Origin: Klebsormidium nitens
Lineage: Eukaryota > Plantae > Klebsormidiophyceae
Assembly: GCA_000708835.1 (NCBI GenBank)
Contig: DF236977.1
Location: 284,623 to 348,622, forward strand
Length of the DNA stretch: 64,000 bases
Direction of reading: 5' to 3'
Positions 22,854-36,617 of this stretch are shown one piece after another; the stretch's first letter is position 1; every line of letters begins with the position of its first letter. The position numbers were made by a program, and so were the translations under genes. Under the pieces are notes generated by a model. It worked only from the letters and a program-made list of their open reading frames with translations. It ran no database searches and was not told the origin of the DNA.

Positions 22854-25800
22854 TCACCGCGCGGCGGTGAGGTACGCCCCGTCCACGGTGTACTCGGCGC
22901 CCATGACGAAGGCGGCGTCGTCGCTGGCCAGGAAGGCGATGACGTTGGCCACCTCCTCGGGGCGGCCCAGGCGGCCCGTCGGCTGCTTCTCGATGATGCT
23001 GGCGAGCACCTCCTCCGGGTTGGGCCGCTGGTGCACCGCGTCGTCCAGGCCCGCCGTGTGGATCACCCCGGGCACCACCGCGTTCACCCGGATGTTGTCC
23101 TTCAGCAAACTCACCGACGCGCCGCGCGTCAGCGACGACACGCCGCCCTTGGCCGCGTGGTAGGCGGCGAAGCCGGCGGAGCCGACGTGAGCGTACGCGG
23201 AGCTGCGACGAGAAGAACGAATCTGTCAGCGACTACGAAGGACAGAAAGGGATCCGTTCTCGACTTGGACACAGCGATTGCCAGAAAGCTGGGTCCCCAT
23301 ATGCTTAAGTGGCCACATGAAAGGGCATTTGTCTACACGATTCTTCGTCTAACTTGACATTTCGTCACAGTCGATTCAGAAGGGCAACGTAAGTGTGAGA
23401 GTCCGTTCCACTGTTGCAAGCTTGGCCAAGAAGCGGCAAAAGGCCGACCACGGGAAGTATGATGAAAGCAGTACGGGTTTCCTCCCGTTCTCACCTGGTG
23501 TTGACGATGGCGCCGCCCCCCCGCTTCTTCATGTACGGCACCGCCAGCTTGATCCCCCGGAAGACGGACACCAGGTTGATGTCCAGCATCTTCCAAAACT
23601 CCTCCTCCGACGTGTCGACCACCGACTTTATACTCTGCGGGACGAAGCAAGACCGGGTAAGAGGTGGTGGATAGAAGAGCCTCGAAAGGGAGGCAAACGA
23701 CTCAGCCTGAGCTAGGACTCTTCGTGGGCAACGGTGGCGCATTGTCGTCCCGAAATACTATTCTTTGCAACGAGTCCTGGCTGGACGGGCTTTCCAGATC
23801 GGTGCACGAAGCTCCGCCCCTTTTGAAGCTCTCAAACTGAACGCAGCTTTTAGCAGCGGGGACGTCCCTGCACAAGTGCCGCCAGCGTTCGGCCGTCGAC
23901 CTTGTTTCGCAGGCACCAACCTTTGTAAGAGCTTCCATTGTACACGCAAGCGGTACCATATGTAAATGTAGGTTTCGTACTTGCAGCCATCTTGCAATCC
24001 TTGCAGATTTCCTGAAGCGCCGCGATCTTGGCCGAAGGCATTGTTTCAAGGCCATTTGGACGCCTCGGTCACAATCGGGCTTCCACCTTATCATAAAGAC
24101 GAGGCGTCTATACAAACATAATCATCTTGCGGGAGCCTGGGACAACCAGTGGCGGAGCACTCACCCTCATGCCCGCATTGTTGCACATGATGTCCACGCC
24201 CCCAAAGGTCTTCTCTGCTGCTGCCAAAGCCGCTTCAATGTCGTCCATCTTGGAGACATCACACCTGCCGAAGGAACAGAATGAGAGAGATATCGGGCTT
24301 GCTCAAGTGATTCTACAAATCTTCGCTGGCCGTCTGACAATGTCAAGGGCATACCGTTTCCAAGGGAGTTCAATTACACAACCTTCCGATGGGTAGCCGA
24401 GTGGGGCCAAACTTTGACCTTGACTTTCCAACTCTTCAATCAATCGGCGGAGTTGCGCCTGCAAGGTCAAAGCCGTTATGGATGATAGGATCTGCGGTCT
24501 TTTGAGTGTTCAAGTACGGGTGCGTGGCTTACACAAGGACAGCCACTCGAAGTCCCAACAACGACTGGACATTTGGTTAGTGCTCATCTCAAAGAGAAGT
24601 TGCAGAACAAGACTGCAATTGTCGTCCAGGTTGATATTGAGAGTCATCGATGAGCTCGGACAAGTGCACGTGACTAAATGTGTTTTGGATGCCAGTTCCC
24701 GGCGATTCTACAACCGTCATAAACGTGCAAGAAGAGCGGGCCCAGCACATTCCGTTTGCAGCAAAACCAGCTGGTTTCTGCCCAGCTACAATGACTGCAC
24801 TTGCTTCCCGTCCCTTCGATCACACGCCCCACTGGGCATCTGAGCCTGGACTGACCTGACGGCCAGTGCCACTTGGCTGCCCCCTGCGTTGAGCTCGTCG
24901 GCCAGCTTCTCAGCTGCAGACAGGTCGATATCCGCGATAACGACACTGGCCCCCTCCGCCACAAACTTGCGGCACGTCATCTCACCGATGCCGCTTGCAG
25001 CTCCTGCACAACCGAGCAGATGTCATGAGCACGTCGCGAACAAGAGTAGATGCCCTGTGATAAGGAAGTCAGCTTGGTCGAGGTGGAGCCAAAATCTCTG
25101 TGGTGTGCATTCTGGCCATCAGAAACTACAGGATTGCATGGCAAGCAGATACCAGAACCCGTATCTCGGTGAGGGATTGTCTAAGGAGATCTTGCCAGCG
25201 GGAAACGGAGGGGCTGTTGGACGAAGTGTCCAAAGACCGAACCCGCTGCCGCTGGGGTCAGATGATGCGTGTCTCCTTGGACTCCATGGCATGGCACGCC
25301 CTTGACTGGCACAACAACTGACCTCCCACACTTGAAAACTCAGATGGTTGGGACTGTGCCTCGGAAGCTAGCCAAGAACGATGTAAACCTTTGGGATAGA
25401 GAACTTCAGGAAAAGCTGGCAACATGCGTGTTTGGCAATACACATTGGCTGGTTCCACCCACTTCTCATCGCACTTCACTGATATGGGAAGATCTGCTAC
25501 AGTTGCTGGCGGTAAACACACCAGCTGATCTCCTATCCAATGATGAGCACTGGCGCCGACAGAAAGGTCCTATCATGATCCAAGTTCACTGGGGGCTGCC
25601 AGTTGTGTGTCTGAGTCAAGCGGTGCTGAGTGTTGTTTGTTGCTAGATAGAGCGACAACGTTAAGATTCTGCAAGTACACCGTCCACAGTGTGGATCATG
25701 GTTCTCCGCTCGAAGCGCCACCAGCTAACCGCATTCTGTGCTAATGACCAGGACGTGGTTGAAGCAAACATGCTGAACAGTCCACAAGCCCTCCACATCA

Positions 25801-26138
25801 ATGAAGATTTGGGACAACAGGGCTGGATCTAAACAAGCTGGCCGCCTTTGCCTGTGGCAGCATTGCAATGCTTACAGCAGACGAACAGGGAGACTCGAGT
25901 GGCCCAGCCAGTAATCTCGGTAAGGACAGAGGTGAATATGCACACCGTGCTGCTCACGTATAGTGGTGTGTCAGCTTGTTTGCATGCTTCTTTACCCTGC
26001 CACTGCTGCTGTCAGAAAGAAGATGCAAGCATTGAGGGTCGGTTGGATCCGCTGCGTACAGCTGCTCCCTCGCTCACCTGTGACCACCCCAACTTTCCCT
26101 GCCAGCTTCCCTGGACGCTGAAAGTCAGACGCCGCCAT
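22854..26138 (-). CDS. Classical short-chain dehydrogenase/reductase (SDR), 5 exons
   Basis: Exons 26138-26078, 25003-24856, 24264-24165, 23634-23495, 23202-22854. Motifs TGAASGIG, CDVS, NNAG, NTSS, YHAAK, IRVNAVVPG, GRLGRPEEVA, TVDGA. Confidence 0.93.
25100..25570 (+). mobile_element. Possible degenerate 3' fragment of an RTE-clade LINE in SDR intron 1, antisense to the host gene
   Basis: Two adjacent frames give RIAWQ..RISVRDCLRRS..RCRWGQMMRV..ALDW and then VPRK..LWDRELQEKL..WEDLL..NDEHWRR. This loosely follows the RTE RT C-terminus (ISWxDRxxNxEVLxR..LRWxGHVxRM..RPRKRWxD..WExLAxDRxxWR). The host intron is unusually long (~1.07 kb). Confidence 0.4.
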
Positions 26139-27192
26139 TTTGGAGAGTCCCAAGTGCAATGCTGAGCCAATTCGACCGCAACACAATCTGGAGCGAGTGT
26201 GGTGGATGAGTTGACGGTGCGCACTGTAAAATGTTGGACGAGGTTGCAGGAGTACTGTATCCTAGTGCGCGACCTCAATTACGAGCTGTGCCACCGAGAA
26301 TCGAGGTGAACGAAGAACGGAATCGCCCCAACTGGAGGAACGGTACCAAGCTGCGCTTGTCACATTGTGCATTGTGGATTGTGTACGTGGTGCCTGGGAC
26401 AGTACCCAATACTGGTCGGTAGAATGTCTATGTGGCAAGGATGTGACTGGATTCTGGAATCTGGACGACCGGTAGTCCATTGACTGGATTTGCCGACAAG
26501 AAGCGACAGGAAGCAGTTATGACTGCTGCGCATGCAAGCAGTCTACGTAGGCTTGGGATCCTTAATCGACGGTCATGCGATCTCCAATGCGGTCACAGAG
26601 CTTTCGCATCCCGCCACGTTTCACAGCGTTGTGCAGCTAATGCCAGTGCAAGACGTACCGGGCCTAGGTACCTACCTATCATCTCCCTTCTATTCCTAGG
26701 TACTCAGGTACCGGTAGCCTGGTATGATTCGGCCTGCCTTCAAAGTTCAGAGTCACGAATCAGCAACCGGTCATCATGCAGTGGATCAGATCCTTCTTCC
26801 TCCTCGATCTTGCAACCATCTTTTCTTACCGAATCTGTACATGAATTGTGACAGCAACTGAAAGGGGGCGCTGTGGCCCTGGGTCAGCAAAGGGGGCACC
26901 GAAGTTGCTCATCGCCATTTCCTCCCAAAACTTAGAAGGGAACCAGTCTGACCGGTCTTGGCTTTCATGGTTGTAGTAACAATATACCGGTAGATGTGCT
27001 CTTTGAGTAGCTTGAGCTGAGGTCCTGCCAGTAGGGGGCTAGTAGGACTTCGGTACTCGGCTAACATGGCCTGGCATTGGCAGTGTCGCTAGCGCTGTGA
27101 ATTTTATAAGTTAGTGCTAGTGCTAGTGCACCTGTGAGTATTGCGAGCAGGGTCGCGTATTCCGCTTGAGTAATAGTGAAAGCAATCTTCAG

Positions 27193-27808
27193 ATGGGGCA
27201 GCGCTGCTTACCTTGGGGTTTTGACTTGACGCGACGATCGCTAATCCTTGTAAACCTTGCTTCTATCGTGGAAAAAGCAGATGAAGTCCTTCTGCCAGCA
27301 GGTATGGCTCCTCTGTCAAGCCTTGATTTCAAGTGAAATGCAAGAAAAAGTAATGTCAACCTTTTAGCTTCCTACTTCAATTTCGTTCTGTGGTCATATG
27401 GAGAGTCATAGCGCAGGCTTCCGTGCTCAAGTTTGAATTTGGGTACAACATGTTGACCTTCTACGCAAGACAGAGTATCCATCTTCATTTATTTTTAAAT
27501 ATAAAGGGCAGGCACCAGATTTTGCAGAAGCTGTGCACAATTGGTTATAGGTTTCAAAATTGCTGTCACTAAACGAGGTACGCCCGGCACTGTTGAATGC
27601 AGTCTTCTTTGAAGTTGGCCGCGCCTTTGGCATCTCCCCCGCAGCACTCGGGACCCTGACCTTTGCGAGAGGGATCATCCAGGTATGTATGCTCCACCGT
27701 AGTTGGGACCCAGTAAGGCAGCTGTGGAAGAATTCCTTTGAATCATCAAACTACCTTCCAAGCTCCCCTCCGCTTTCTAAGATGAAGTGGTGGTAAAGCA
27801 GGTCCTTG

Positions 27809-27839
<31 letters not shown>

Positions 27840-30800
27840 GCACAAAGCCATTGCAAGCAGGTCAAAAGGATCACGATATCTCCATTTTACAAAGATCAAG
27901 GACACGGGTGGTTTCAGACTACTTGCTGCTTGTATCCTGCGGATGCTAGAAGGTGTAAGCCAGAGGCAAGTCCCTGCCCAAGCATCCCTGCGCTGTACGC
28001 CCAGGCTGCTGACGGAGACCTGCGTGCATTGTCAGTCGGCGTGCTCCCCGCTTGCTGCGTACGTGGCGCAGCACCACGACCGCACGCTCATCATTGCGGT
28101 GTCCGCTGTGTGGTGGGGGGCAGCCACTGTGGCGGTGGGGCTGAGCCGCAGCTACTGGCAGCTGGCAGTCGCGCGGGCGCTCAACGGGGTGGGCCTCGCG
28201 GTGGTGCTGCCGTCCATCCAGTCGTTCGTGGCCGATGCGCACGCAGCGGAGCACCGCGGCTCCGGCTTTGGCTGGCTGCAGTTCACCAACTATTCAGGTG
28301 GGCGACGCAAAGCTCCGTGGCTTCGTTGGCATTGTTTCCTCATAAAAAAGGCAAGGCTTTTGGATGAGCATTCGCAAGCTGACCCTGATTGAGATGTGGA
28401 ACCCTGTGTTGACCCACCGCAAATTCGTTGAGAACCGCGTTTACCAAGATCGAAGCCGTTTTTAAAGACTGCTAAGATTTGTCTGGGCCACTGGGCAATT
28501 GAGCATAAATTGAAACGGATTCTATCTGATGGCCACTGGCTGACACCAACTTGACTGAAACCGATCATGCTTGATAGCGAAAATGAAGGTAGTAACGACA
28601 TACCAGCTGTTTCTGTTCCCCACGGACAAGGTCGCTGAGCCCCTCCTGCGTGCAGGGTCCATCGTGGGCGGTGTTGGCGGCACCTTGCTGGCAGGCTCGT
28701 CCTTCCTGGGGATCGCCGGCTGGCGCTTTGCCTTTTATCTGATGGCAATCATCAGTTTCATTCTGGGGGCGTTGGTGTACTTCTGCGCGGAGGACCCCTG
28801 TTATCCTCGGGACGTCATCAAGCTCGAGTGAGGCGACTCTGGCACGGGTCCTTCTCAGTTGTTGCCTTTGGGAAATGGAGCAGCCCACTCACATGACTTT
28901 GATCGCAGAGCTAGCAATCCTGAGGAATGCTGGTCGATGTGTTTGATTTTGTGTTTGTTTTTGTGTTTGATTCGAGGGCACAGATATCGTCCCGCAATAA
29001 GGAACGGATTCACAATGCGTGCTCTTTCCTGCTTCCACTGGTTTGGAGTACTAACTCAATCTGTTGTAGAAACTCTTTGAGACAGACGGCCAGCCTTTCT
29101 GCTATCATGATTCTCGTTTACTATGTTTTATCAACAATGGGTGATTGCTTTTGGTCCCTGCTGGGGCCCCTTTTGTCAGAGCTTCCCTGTTTGGGGCCAC
29201 GCTGGGCGGTGTGAATTCTTCGTTCCAGTCGCCCAGCTGTGCGCGAGCAGCACGTGACACTCCCTTCACAAGCAGCGCCCTGACGTGTGCCGGCTGTGTG
29301 CAGGGATGGCAGCCATGTCCTTGCGCGCCCTCCCTCGTTACGCGCCAGCCTGGCGCAGCTCTGGGCATCTGCCGCCACGGTGTTCCGGCTGCCGTCCTTC
29401 CAGGTCATCCTCACGCAGGTGGGCCGAAGCAGGGAGGGGCAAAGCCTGCGACCAGAGGACCAACGGATTCTCAAGTGAAACAGACAGTCTCGGCTTTGCT
29501 GGCTTCATGATGAAGGAAAATACGAAAGCCTGACTGGCTGTTCGCACGAGGAATGGTGAAACGGGCAGTAAGTGCATTCTTGAGTTCTTCCCGCCATCTT
29601 GCTGCCGTGTGACGCCGTTGCTTGTTGGGTGTGGTGGCAGGGCGTGGTGGGCAGCATTCCGTGGGCCGCGATGGTGTTCTACACGCTCTGGCTGGAGCTG
29701 CTGGGCTACTCGCACCACGCCGCCGCGGGCCTCGTCGCGGGCTTCTCGGTGGGGTCCTGCCTGGGGGGACTGTTCGGGGGCTACCTGGGCGACTTCTTAG
29801 CGAAGAAGAGCCCCAACAAAGGTGTGCAACGACGCGTCATGCTGCGGCCGAAGCAATCCTACTTGAAGCATTGTAGCAAGTCCATGGCTTTAAAAGAAGG
29901 CTAGTCCATGGTTCGGAAGAAGGCTAGCCGGCATACCGAAAGCTGTCTACATTTCTCGGATCGGGTGTCGTCAGAGCTTGAGGTATGGTGGAGAAGGTCG
30001 GATGTAGTTACAATTGAAGACCCTCCGGGGCGGCCCTGCCAAGGGAACGACCCCTTGGCTGATCGACCAGATTTGCCGGCAGTCTGGGAGCCCTTCAGGT
30101 GCCGCGTTTCGCCGGAGAGCTGTTTTCTTGTTACCTGCGGCAGAGGCGGAGCAGTATTGCACTCTTCTTCCTGTTGCCGTCACTTGGCCTCTGGCTGGCG
30201 CGCTCGACTCCGCCATGTTCGGCGCCTTGCTTTCTTGGAAGAGTGCCATCATTCCCGCAAGCGCTCTCGCAGGTTCAGGTCAATCTGACCCGATTCGAAG
30301 TGGCGTCAATTATCGTCCAAGTAAAAATCAAAGCGTACCGTTTGTCTCAGCCTGCTTCTCCTTGCTCCGCCCTGGCAGGCCGCATCGCGTGTTCCCAGGT
30401 GTCCGCTCTGTCCGCCATCCCCCTGACTGCGGCGCTGCTGTTCGCGGTGCCCCGCTCCCCCGCGTGGTGGCCGCTGCACGGCCTCACGCTGGGCCTCAAC
30501 GGCTTCCTGGTGTCGTGGAACGGGCCCGCCACCAACAACCCCATCTTCGCGGAGATCGTGGAGCCCAGGCTGCGGACTGCGGTCTACGCGTTCGATCGAT
30601 CGCTGGTGCGTCTCGAAACAATCTCGTTCTATTTCCGAACGGTCTGAGAGGCTCTTGACGTGGCTGGTTCGTTTGCCTCGGGATACTTGTTGAGGAGGTT
30701 CGACTCACGGTAGTCTGACTCGCTTTCCGATTGTTCTGTAGACCGTGGGTGCTCCTAAAACTTCGTAGTCCTACGTCTTCCAACAACTGCGTCCTCCAAC

Positions 30801-31391
30801 CCCCGTGATGTGGCAATTGACACTAACCATACTTTGCCGAGAAGTTTTTTCGCTTTGCGTGTCGACTTGCTGCATGTGGTCAGCAGCCCGTGCTCCTCGT
30901 TGGTGCAGGTTCCCCTGGCGGCCTTGGGGGCCCCTGCCGTGGGCATCATCGCGGAAGTGTTCTTTGGTTACAACGTCACCGACGAGCAGAAGGGCTCGCC
31001 GCCGCTGACCCCCGCAGAAAGAGCGGCCAATGCGCGCGCGCTGGGGAACGGCATCTTCGTAGTTGTGGCTATTCCGTTTGTGGTGTGCGCCGCCATCTAC
31101 TCGCTGCTGTACCGCACGTACCCGGCCGACCGCGCGCGCGCCCTGCACGCGCAGGAGTTAGCCATGGTGCGCGACCCGTCCTTCGTGGGACTGCCCAGCA
31201 GCGGGGGCGAGGCCGGGGAAGGCGACCCCGACACTGAACTGGGCGAGTTCAGCGGGGCAGGGGAGCAGAGGGCAAAGTCACGGCGGGGCGGCGGGGAGGA
31301 AGAGAAGCTGCTACAAAACTCAGAAACGGGGCCTCCTCTGAGAAAGGCCGCTTCGGAAGGAATGATGGGGCGACCGGGCGGTGTCGAGTGA
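27193..31391 (+). CDS. Major facilitator superfamily (plant Spinster-like/MFS_1) transporter, 8 exons
   Basis: Exons 27193-27301, 27603-27682, 28036-28297, 28656-28827, 29304-29418, 29641-29821, 30379-30605, 30909-31391; all in phase. Motifs LVNLASIVEKADEVLLPAVF, ARALNGVGLA, GWRFAF, QGVVGSIPW, WNGPATNNPIFAEIV, VYAFDRS; many hydrophobic helices. Confidence 0.92.
27809..27838. repeat. (GGGCAT)5 microsatellite in MFS intron 2
   Basis: Five perfect GGGCAT units. Confidence 0.9.
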
Positions 31392-32815
31392 TATGGGGTG
31401 GTAGGTCGTGATTGTTGTGCAGCAGAGTAGCTTTGCATGCAGTCCAATGTATCGAGCTCTGAGAAAACACTGTAAAATGGACGGTTACTGTAGTATACAA
31501 AGATAACGCTACTGTAGGACTCGCTTGCAATTGTGCACTGTTATCAGCAAAAGCACATGTCTGCCAGATGTTACCGCGTAACGGCATCTGAGCAACATCT
31601 GAGCAACCTCTGGAGAGAGTCATGCTTGACTGTATCAAGCTTGATTCCAGAAGTATCCAGAAACAGGTTAAACACGTTCAGCTGCAGAGAAGGTCGGCCA
31701 TTGTGCAGCAAGCGCGTCATCTTGCGTCGGGAGCCGTACATATTTTCTTTGGACGCTAGCACAGGGAGCATAGCTAAACGCGCGGAACACTGCTAGATTA
31801 CTCTGCGATTGTCGAGGTCATCGATTTAACATTTAGATCAGCCTGCTGACTCGGTCTGCGCATGTGCAACGGAACCTGACAGTTTGCCCCCGTAACCATG
31901 TGCAGTCAAAGCTTTGACCTAGCTACAGAAAGGACCTACTCCCGTTGAACAGTTGCAGCCATGACATCTGCTGTCCGGCTGAATTGGTGATTTAAGCTAG
32001 CTGTACTATAAAGTGTAGCACATTTGCATTGCAACAGATGTGCATAGCTTGGCGCATGCCCATCTTCTAGTATCATGTAGATTTCTATGATCCGATCGGG
32101 CCGTGCTGAAATTGGAATCAGTTGCACACCTAGATTGTATCTATTTTGGAAGTAAGCTGCATGCATGAGGTCGACGTACTGACCGTCGCAGTGTATGGTC
32201 CATCATGCAGTGCACAGCTAGACGGTTCCGATCGAGTTCTAACGCCAAGGCTAATTGGCCCGCAACATGAGTGAAAAAGGTCGCATATACGGAATTGACA
32301 TGCGACGTGCGCCGACATGCCCGGGTGCATAACGCTGCTCATATGGTGGCATTGCTGCTGGGAAAGTTGCAACCGAGTCATCTGCGAGCAGGATAATCGG
32401 TACCTCCTCCATTGCCAAAAATCACTCGCGGTAAACCGGGCTCCAACAATCGACAAATGTGTCCCACCACAGGAAGCATTGATTGATGCACTCAGGATGT
32501 TTGAGCCTGATTGTAGGGTTGAGACCAATTGTACATCGATTGAGTGCCATTGGGAGAGCTCTGGTTATCGCGCGCACGACTCTGTCCCGCTGCTCGATGA
32601 TCAACTCTCGTACAACTCTTGGAACTTATTTCGAAACGGCCTTCAAATATCAGGACAAGCCCTTCACCACAAGTGCCCTTCAAGAGTATCAAAAGGGGCG
32701 CGCCTCTTGGCGCAGCCACAAGTCAGCGCTACGTCCAAGCGCACTGGAATAGCAGATCAACGTTGGAGATATGAGGAGCTGCAAAGTCAACCGCTTCCTG
32801 CTCACTTCACTTTCA

Positions 32816-35800
32816 TCAGAGCCTTTCTTCTTCCTCAGCGCCGTTCTCCAGCGGCGCCTCCCCGCTCTCCTGTCCTTTCTTCCCCCCTTTTCGTTTCCTC
32901 GGCCCCTCCTCGTCCTTCTCGTCCTCGTCTTTTTCCCCTCCTGCTTTCTCCTCCTCTTCCTCCTCGCTGCTGTACTCGCTCTCGTAGTCCTCGTCGTCCA
33001 TCTCTTCCTCCTCTTCTTCCTCCTCTCCCTCCTCCCTCTCCTCGCCCTCCTCCTCCCACCGTTCCTCTGTTGCCGCCAGCCCTGCCTCCGCGCCGCCCCG
33101 CGTGCCCGCCCTGCTCCGCTTGCTCACCCGCAGCTTGATGCTGCACTTGGCGTCCACGCCCAGCCACGTGTCCGACAGGCAGTGGCACGTCAGCAGGTGC
33201 AGCCCCTCCACCGGCGCCAAAAACTTGGCCGTCACCAGCCGGCCCCCTGCCCGGATGCGCTCCATGTCGCGCGCCACCTCCTCCGCGGCCTTCTCTGGCT
33301 GCCCCAGCTGCTCCGCCGCCTCCTCCGCCAGCTTCTTGACAGCCGCAACCGCCCCCTCCTCGTCGGCCCAGCTCACTTTCTGGCTCACCAGCGTCTCGTT
33401 GCCGTCCGCCAGGATGAGCCACCAGCCCTCGTCGTGCGGGTACGGGAAGAGCGGCGTGTGTGGCACCGTGTGCGGCGGCGCGTCGCGGCGCTGCAGCGTG
33501 ACCCAGGCGCGCAGCGTGAGCACGTCCCCCTCCTGCACGCCCTCCTCGCCCTCCGTCTCCGCGGCCGCGTCCACCTCCACCTGCGGCACCACCCCCAGCA
33601 CCGCCTCCACGTCCGCCGCCTGCTCCTCCGACAGCCCTGCTGCCGTCAGCGTCGCAGCGCGCTCCGCATCGTCCATGTCGATCAGGTCCTGCAGGCTGCG
33701 CACGCGCTTGCGGCCCACGCGCTTGGCCGCCTGCTCGCCGAAGTGCGGCAGCTGCAGCAGCTCCGCAGCGGCCGGGATCTTCTCCCCGGCCTTGCGCGCG
33801 CTCAGCGGGATAGCCTGCACCAGCCCCTGCCGCAGCTCGCACACGCCCTGCGCCGGCCGCAGCCAGCCGCGCCCCTGCGGGGGCCGCGCCACGAGCGCCA
33901 TCTTCATGAGCTCCTCCAGCAGGCGCGGCGTGAGGGCCAGGCACGCCGCCAGGTCCGCCTGCAGCGCAGCGGGGACGGCGGCTGCCTGCCCCGTCAGCTG
34001 CGCCAGCAGCAACAGCTCCGCCTGTAGTCACACGAGCACAGCGACCATCGATTAGTAGGGGAGGGCAGCAAGTCTTGGCAGGAAAAGACACCAGTGAAAC
34101 TGGCAGGGGAGATGTCAAGGTGCGCAATGAATAGACGCCAGCATGCTCAAGAGGGAACACAATCAGAGGTCCCGCATCATTGTTTTTCGTCGATCTCATT
34201 CTGTGAAAATGCCAAACAGTCTCTGTGGCATTTGTCTTGTGCTGCTGGAAGGTGGGCGTGCCGTGGGGCTGCACCTTGATGAGCGCGGGGTGCTGCTTCT
34301 TCCAGAACTTGGCCTGCTCCTGCTTCAGGTTCTTGGGGTCCAGCCCCAGCTCGCTGCGCACCAGCGTGAAGACGCGCGCCAGCGCCTCGTCGTCGCTGCG
34401 GCGCACGGGCATCTCCACATACTCCTGCGCGTGCACCGCCACCTCCAGCACCTTGCTGCTCGCCAGGCTGGGCTTGATCAGCTGGTAGTAGTACGCCAGC
34501 GTGGCCGTGCGCACCGCGTTGCTGTTGTACTGCCCCGCGCGCGACAGGTACACCACCGCCGCCAGCAGCGGCGCCAGGATGCCGCCCCCCACCAGGCACG
34601 CCAGCAGCACGCCCCCCGACCCGCCCTGCGCGTCCAGCATGAACTTGGGCAGGGCAATGCCCACCGCCATGCCCTGCGGCCCGTCCACGTTGCCGTACTT
34701 CTCCAGGTTCGCGCGCGCCGCCTCGTCCGTCAGCGCCTTGTACGCCTTGGTCACGTAGTCCACAAAGTACGCCGTCGCCTCTGCGCACACGTCGTACAAC
34801 CGCATTCAGCACACGCGCAAGACAGGCTTCCAGCATAAGAGGAGGGCTAAGATCAGAACTGCAGGACGTGGCCACCCAGCATGGAATGTGCGGACTTTCA
34901 GGGGGCCTGGGTGTGTGTGTGCTCACTAGGGTCGGGGTTCTTGTCGGGGTGGTACTCGCGCGACTTGGCGCGGTACGCCTTGCGGATGTCCGTCTCGGAA
35001 GCGCCCGGTTGCAGCCCCAAGATGGAGTATGGCTCAAAGGGGGCCACCTGAGGGGGGGCAAGTAAACACCTCGAGTAAACAGGTGCCGCTGAGTGATGCA
35101 GCCCAGCTTTGCATACCTATGTACTAGCGTTCCAGGACGGCACTGCAATGGTGGTGGCCCCCCAAATAACTATGCTGATCATGTACTCAGATGTTGGAGA
35201 TTAATAATCCAAGCCAAGCAGTCTGGGCTCAACGATCGCCGCAGTGCTCTGCAGAGATCAAAGGGTGTATTCCCACCTCTCCCGGGGAGCTCTTGATGGC
35301 CAGCAGCAGCACCGCCATGGCCAGCCACGCCAACACGAGGAACACATTGGTCACTGTCAGGAAAGTCGACACCTGCAAAGGGCAGCGCTCAGGTATCATA
35401 ATAGGACAAACCCAAGCCTCACATTGAAGCTGAGACAAACGGGGCTTAGTTTGGTAGCTTCTCGGAAGCCAGAAATCCACCAGACAGATCCGGCGTATCA
35501 GTCATAACCTTGATTTCAGAAAAAGAGCGCAAGACACACCTCAAACCTTTAGTCGCTATCAGAGGGTAGCAAGAAGCATGATCCATCTTGATCATTGCCC
35601 TCCATTATGCTTACAAAGTGCTGCGCTGGCCACAGCAATTGCCCGGGTTGGCAAAGCGGAGGGCGGGCAATTGTGTACCTGCTTGGCGAGTGTGGTCTGG
35701 TGCTTGGGCGCTCTCTTGCAGAGGCTGCAGGGGCAGTGCGGGGCGCGCTTGCGGTGGCGGGCGCTGACCCCCAGCAGGCGGGCAACGGTCCAGGGGATGA

Positions 35801-35882
35801 CCACGAGGGCCATCATGGACAGCAAAAAGATGGGGAACAGCGCACTCATCTCCTCTCGCGGGGGCGCCATGGCGCTGGCCAA
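32816..35882 (-). CDS. SEC63: SEC63 / ERdj2 J-domain translocon component, 5 exons
   Basis: Exons 35882-35679, 35372-35277, 35047-34927, 34780-34275, 34021-32816. N-terminal TMs ([14 protein letters not shown]), J-domain [52 protein letters not shown], Sec63/Brl domain ([24 protein letters not shown]), and an acidic C-terminal tail. Confidence 0.95.
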
Positions 35883-36617
35883 GCGGGTCCAACCCCAAGT
35901 GCGCTACTAGCCCGCTACTAGCAATTCAACGAGAAACAGTGAGGCCGTCACGCTTGAACTTGGCACTCGCTTGAGCGAGGCTGCACCCGCCTGATCACCA
36001 TTCACAAGTCGCCCACCGCACAACCAAGCAAAGCAGATCCGCCCACCAGCTCCCCAGCTGGACCCTGATCGCTGAGCTCAAGAAGGAAGATCTATCTACG
36101 ATAGACAGCCTCCATCCTCGGGAGCTGTTCACAACCTGTTGAAACGTGAAAGAACAGAGCTCGGAGTCGTGGTCGAGGAGCTCTCCACAGTGCAGTCTGC
36201 AGAGCCTCAGGCTCAGGCTCCAGTCTCTGGCTCGGTGTTCACGCCTAGCTCCAGTACCTCTAGTCAACTTCTTTTCGGCCGTTCAGTTGCCTGGATACCG
36301 AGGAGTTCTAGGAGTCCACTCGAGAGTTCAAAAGATGTCCCTGCCAGCTGGCACTTGTCCACCAGGCTGCAGCTAGGGAAGCGTAGGGCTCCTATGGTTG
36401 AGAGATCAGGGCCTTGGGCAGTGCATTGCCGCGCCGTTGCACTTGGACAAGCATTGATGGTGGACTCTGCAGCTGCGGTGGCCAGACCTTGAGAAACTCA
36501 TCTGGCCTGCTCGCTCTCTTGAAGTTGAAGCCTGTGTGCATCTCTTCTGGGGCCGCGTCGTTTTGCAAGACGAGGTTTTTTGACAAGCCGTTTCGGCCGG
36601 TTGTCCCTTGATTCATC

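Noticed and set aside
26650-26720. cctaggtac direct repeats and ACCT-rich motifs (also near 45846-45990)
   Set aside because: Short and degenerate, with no TIR/TSD pair found.
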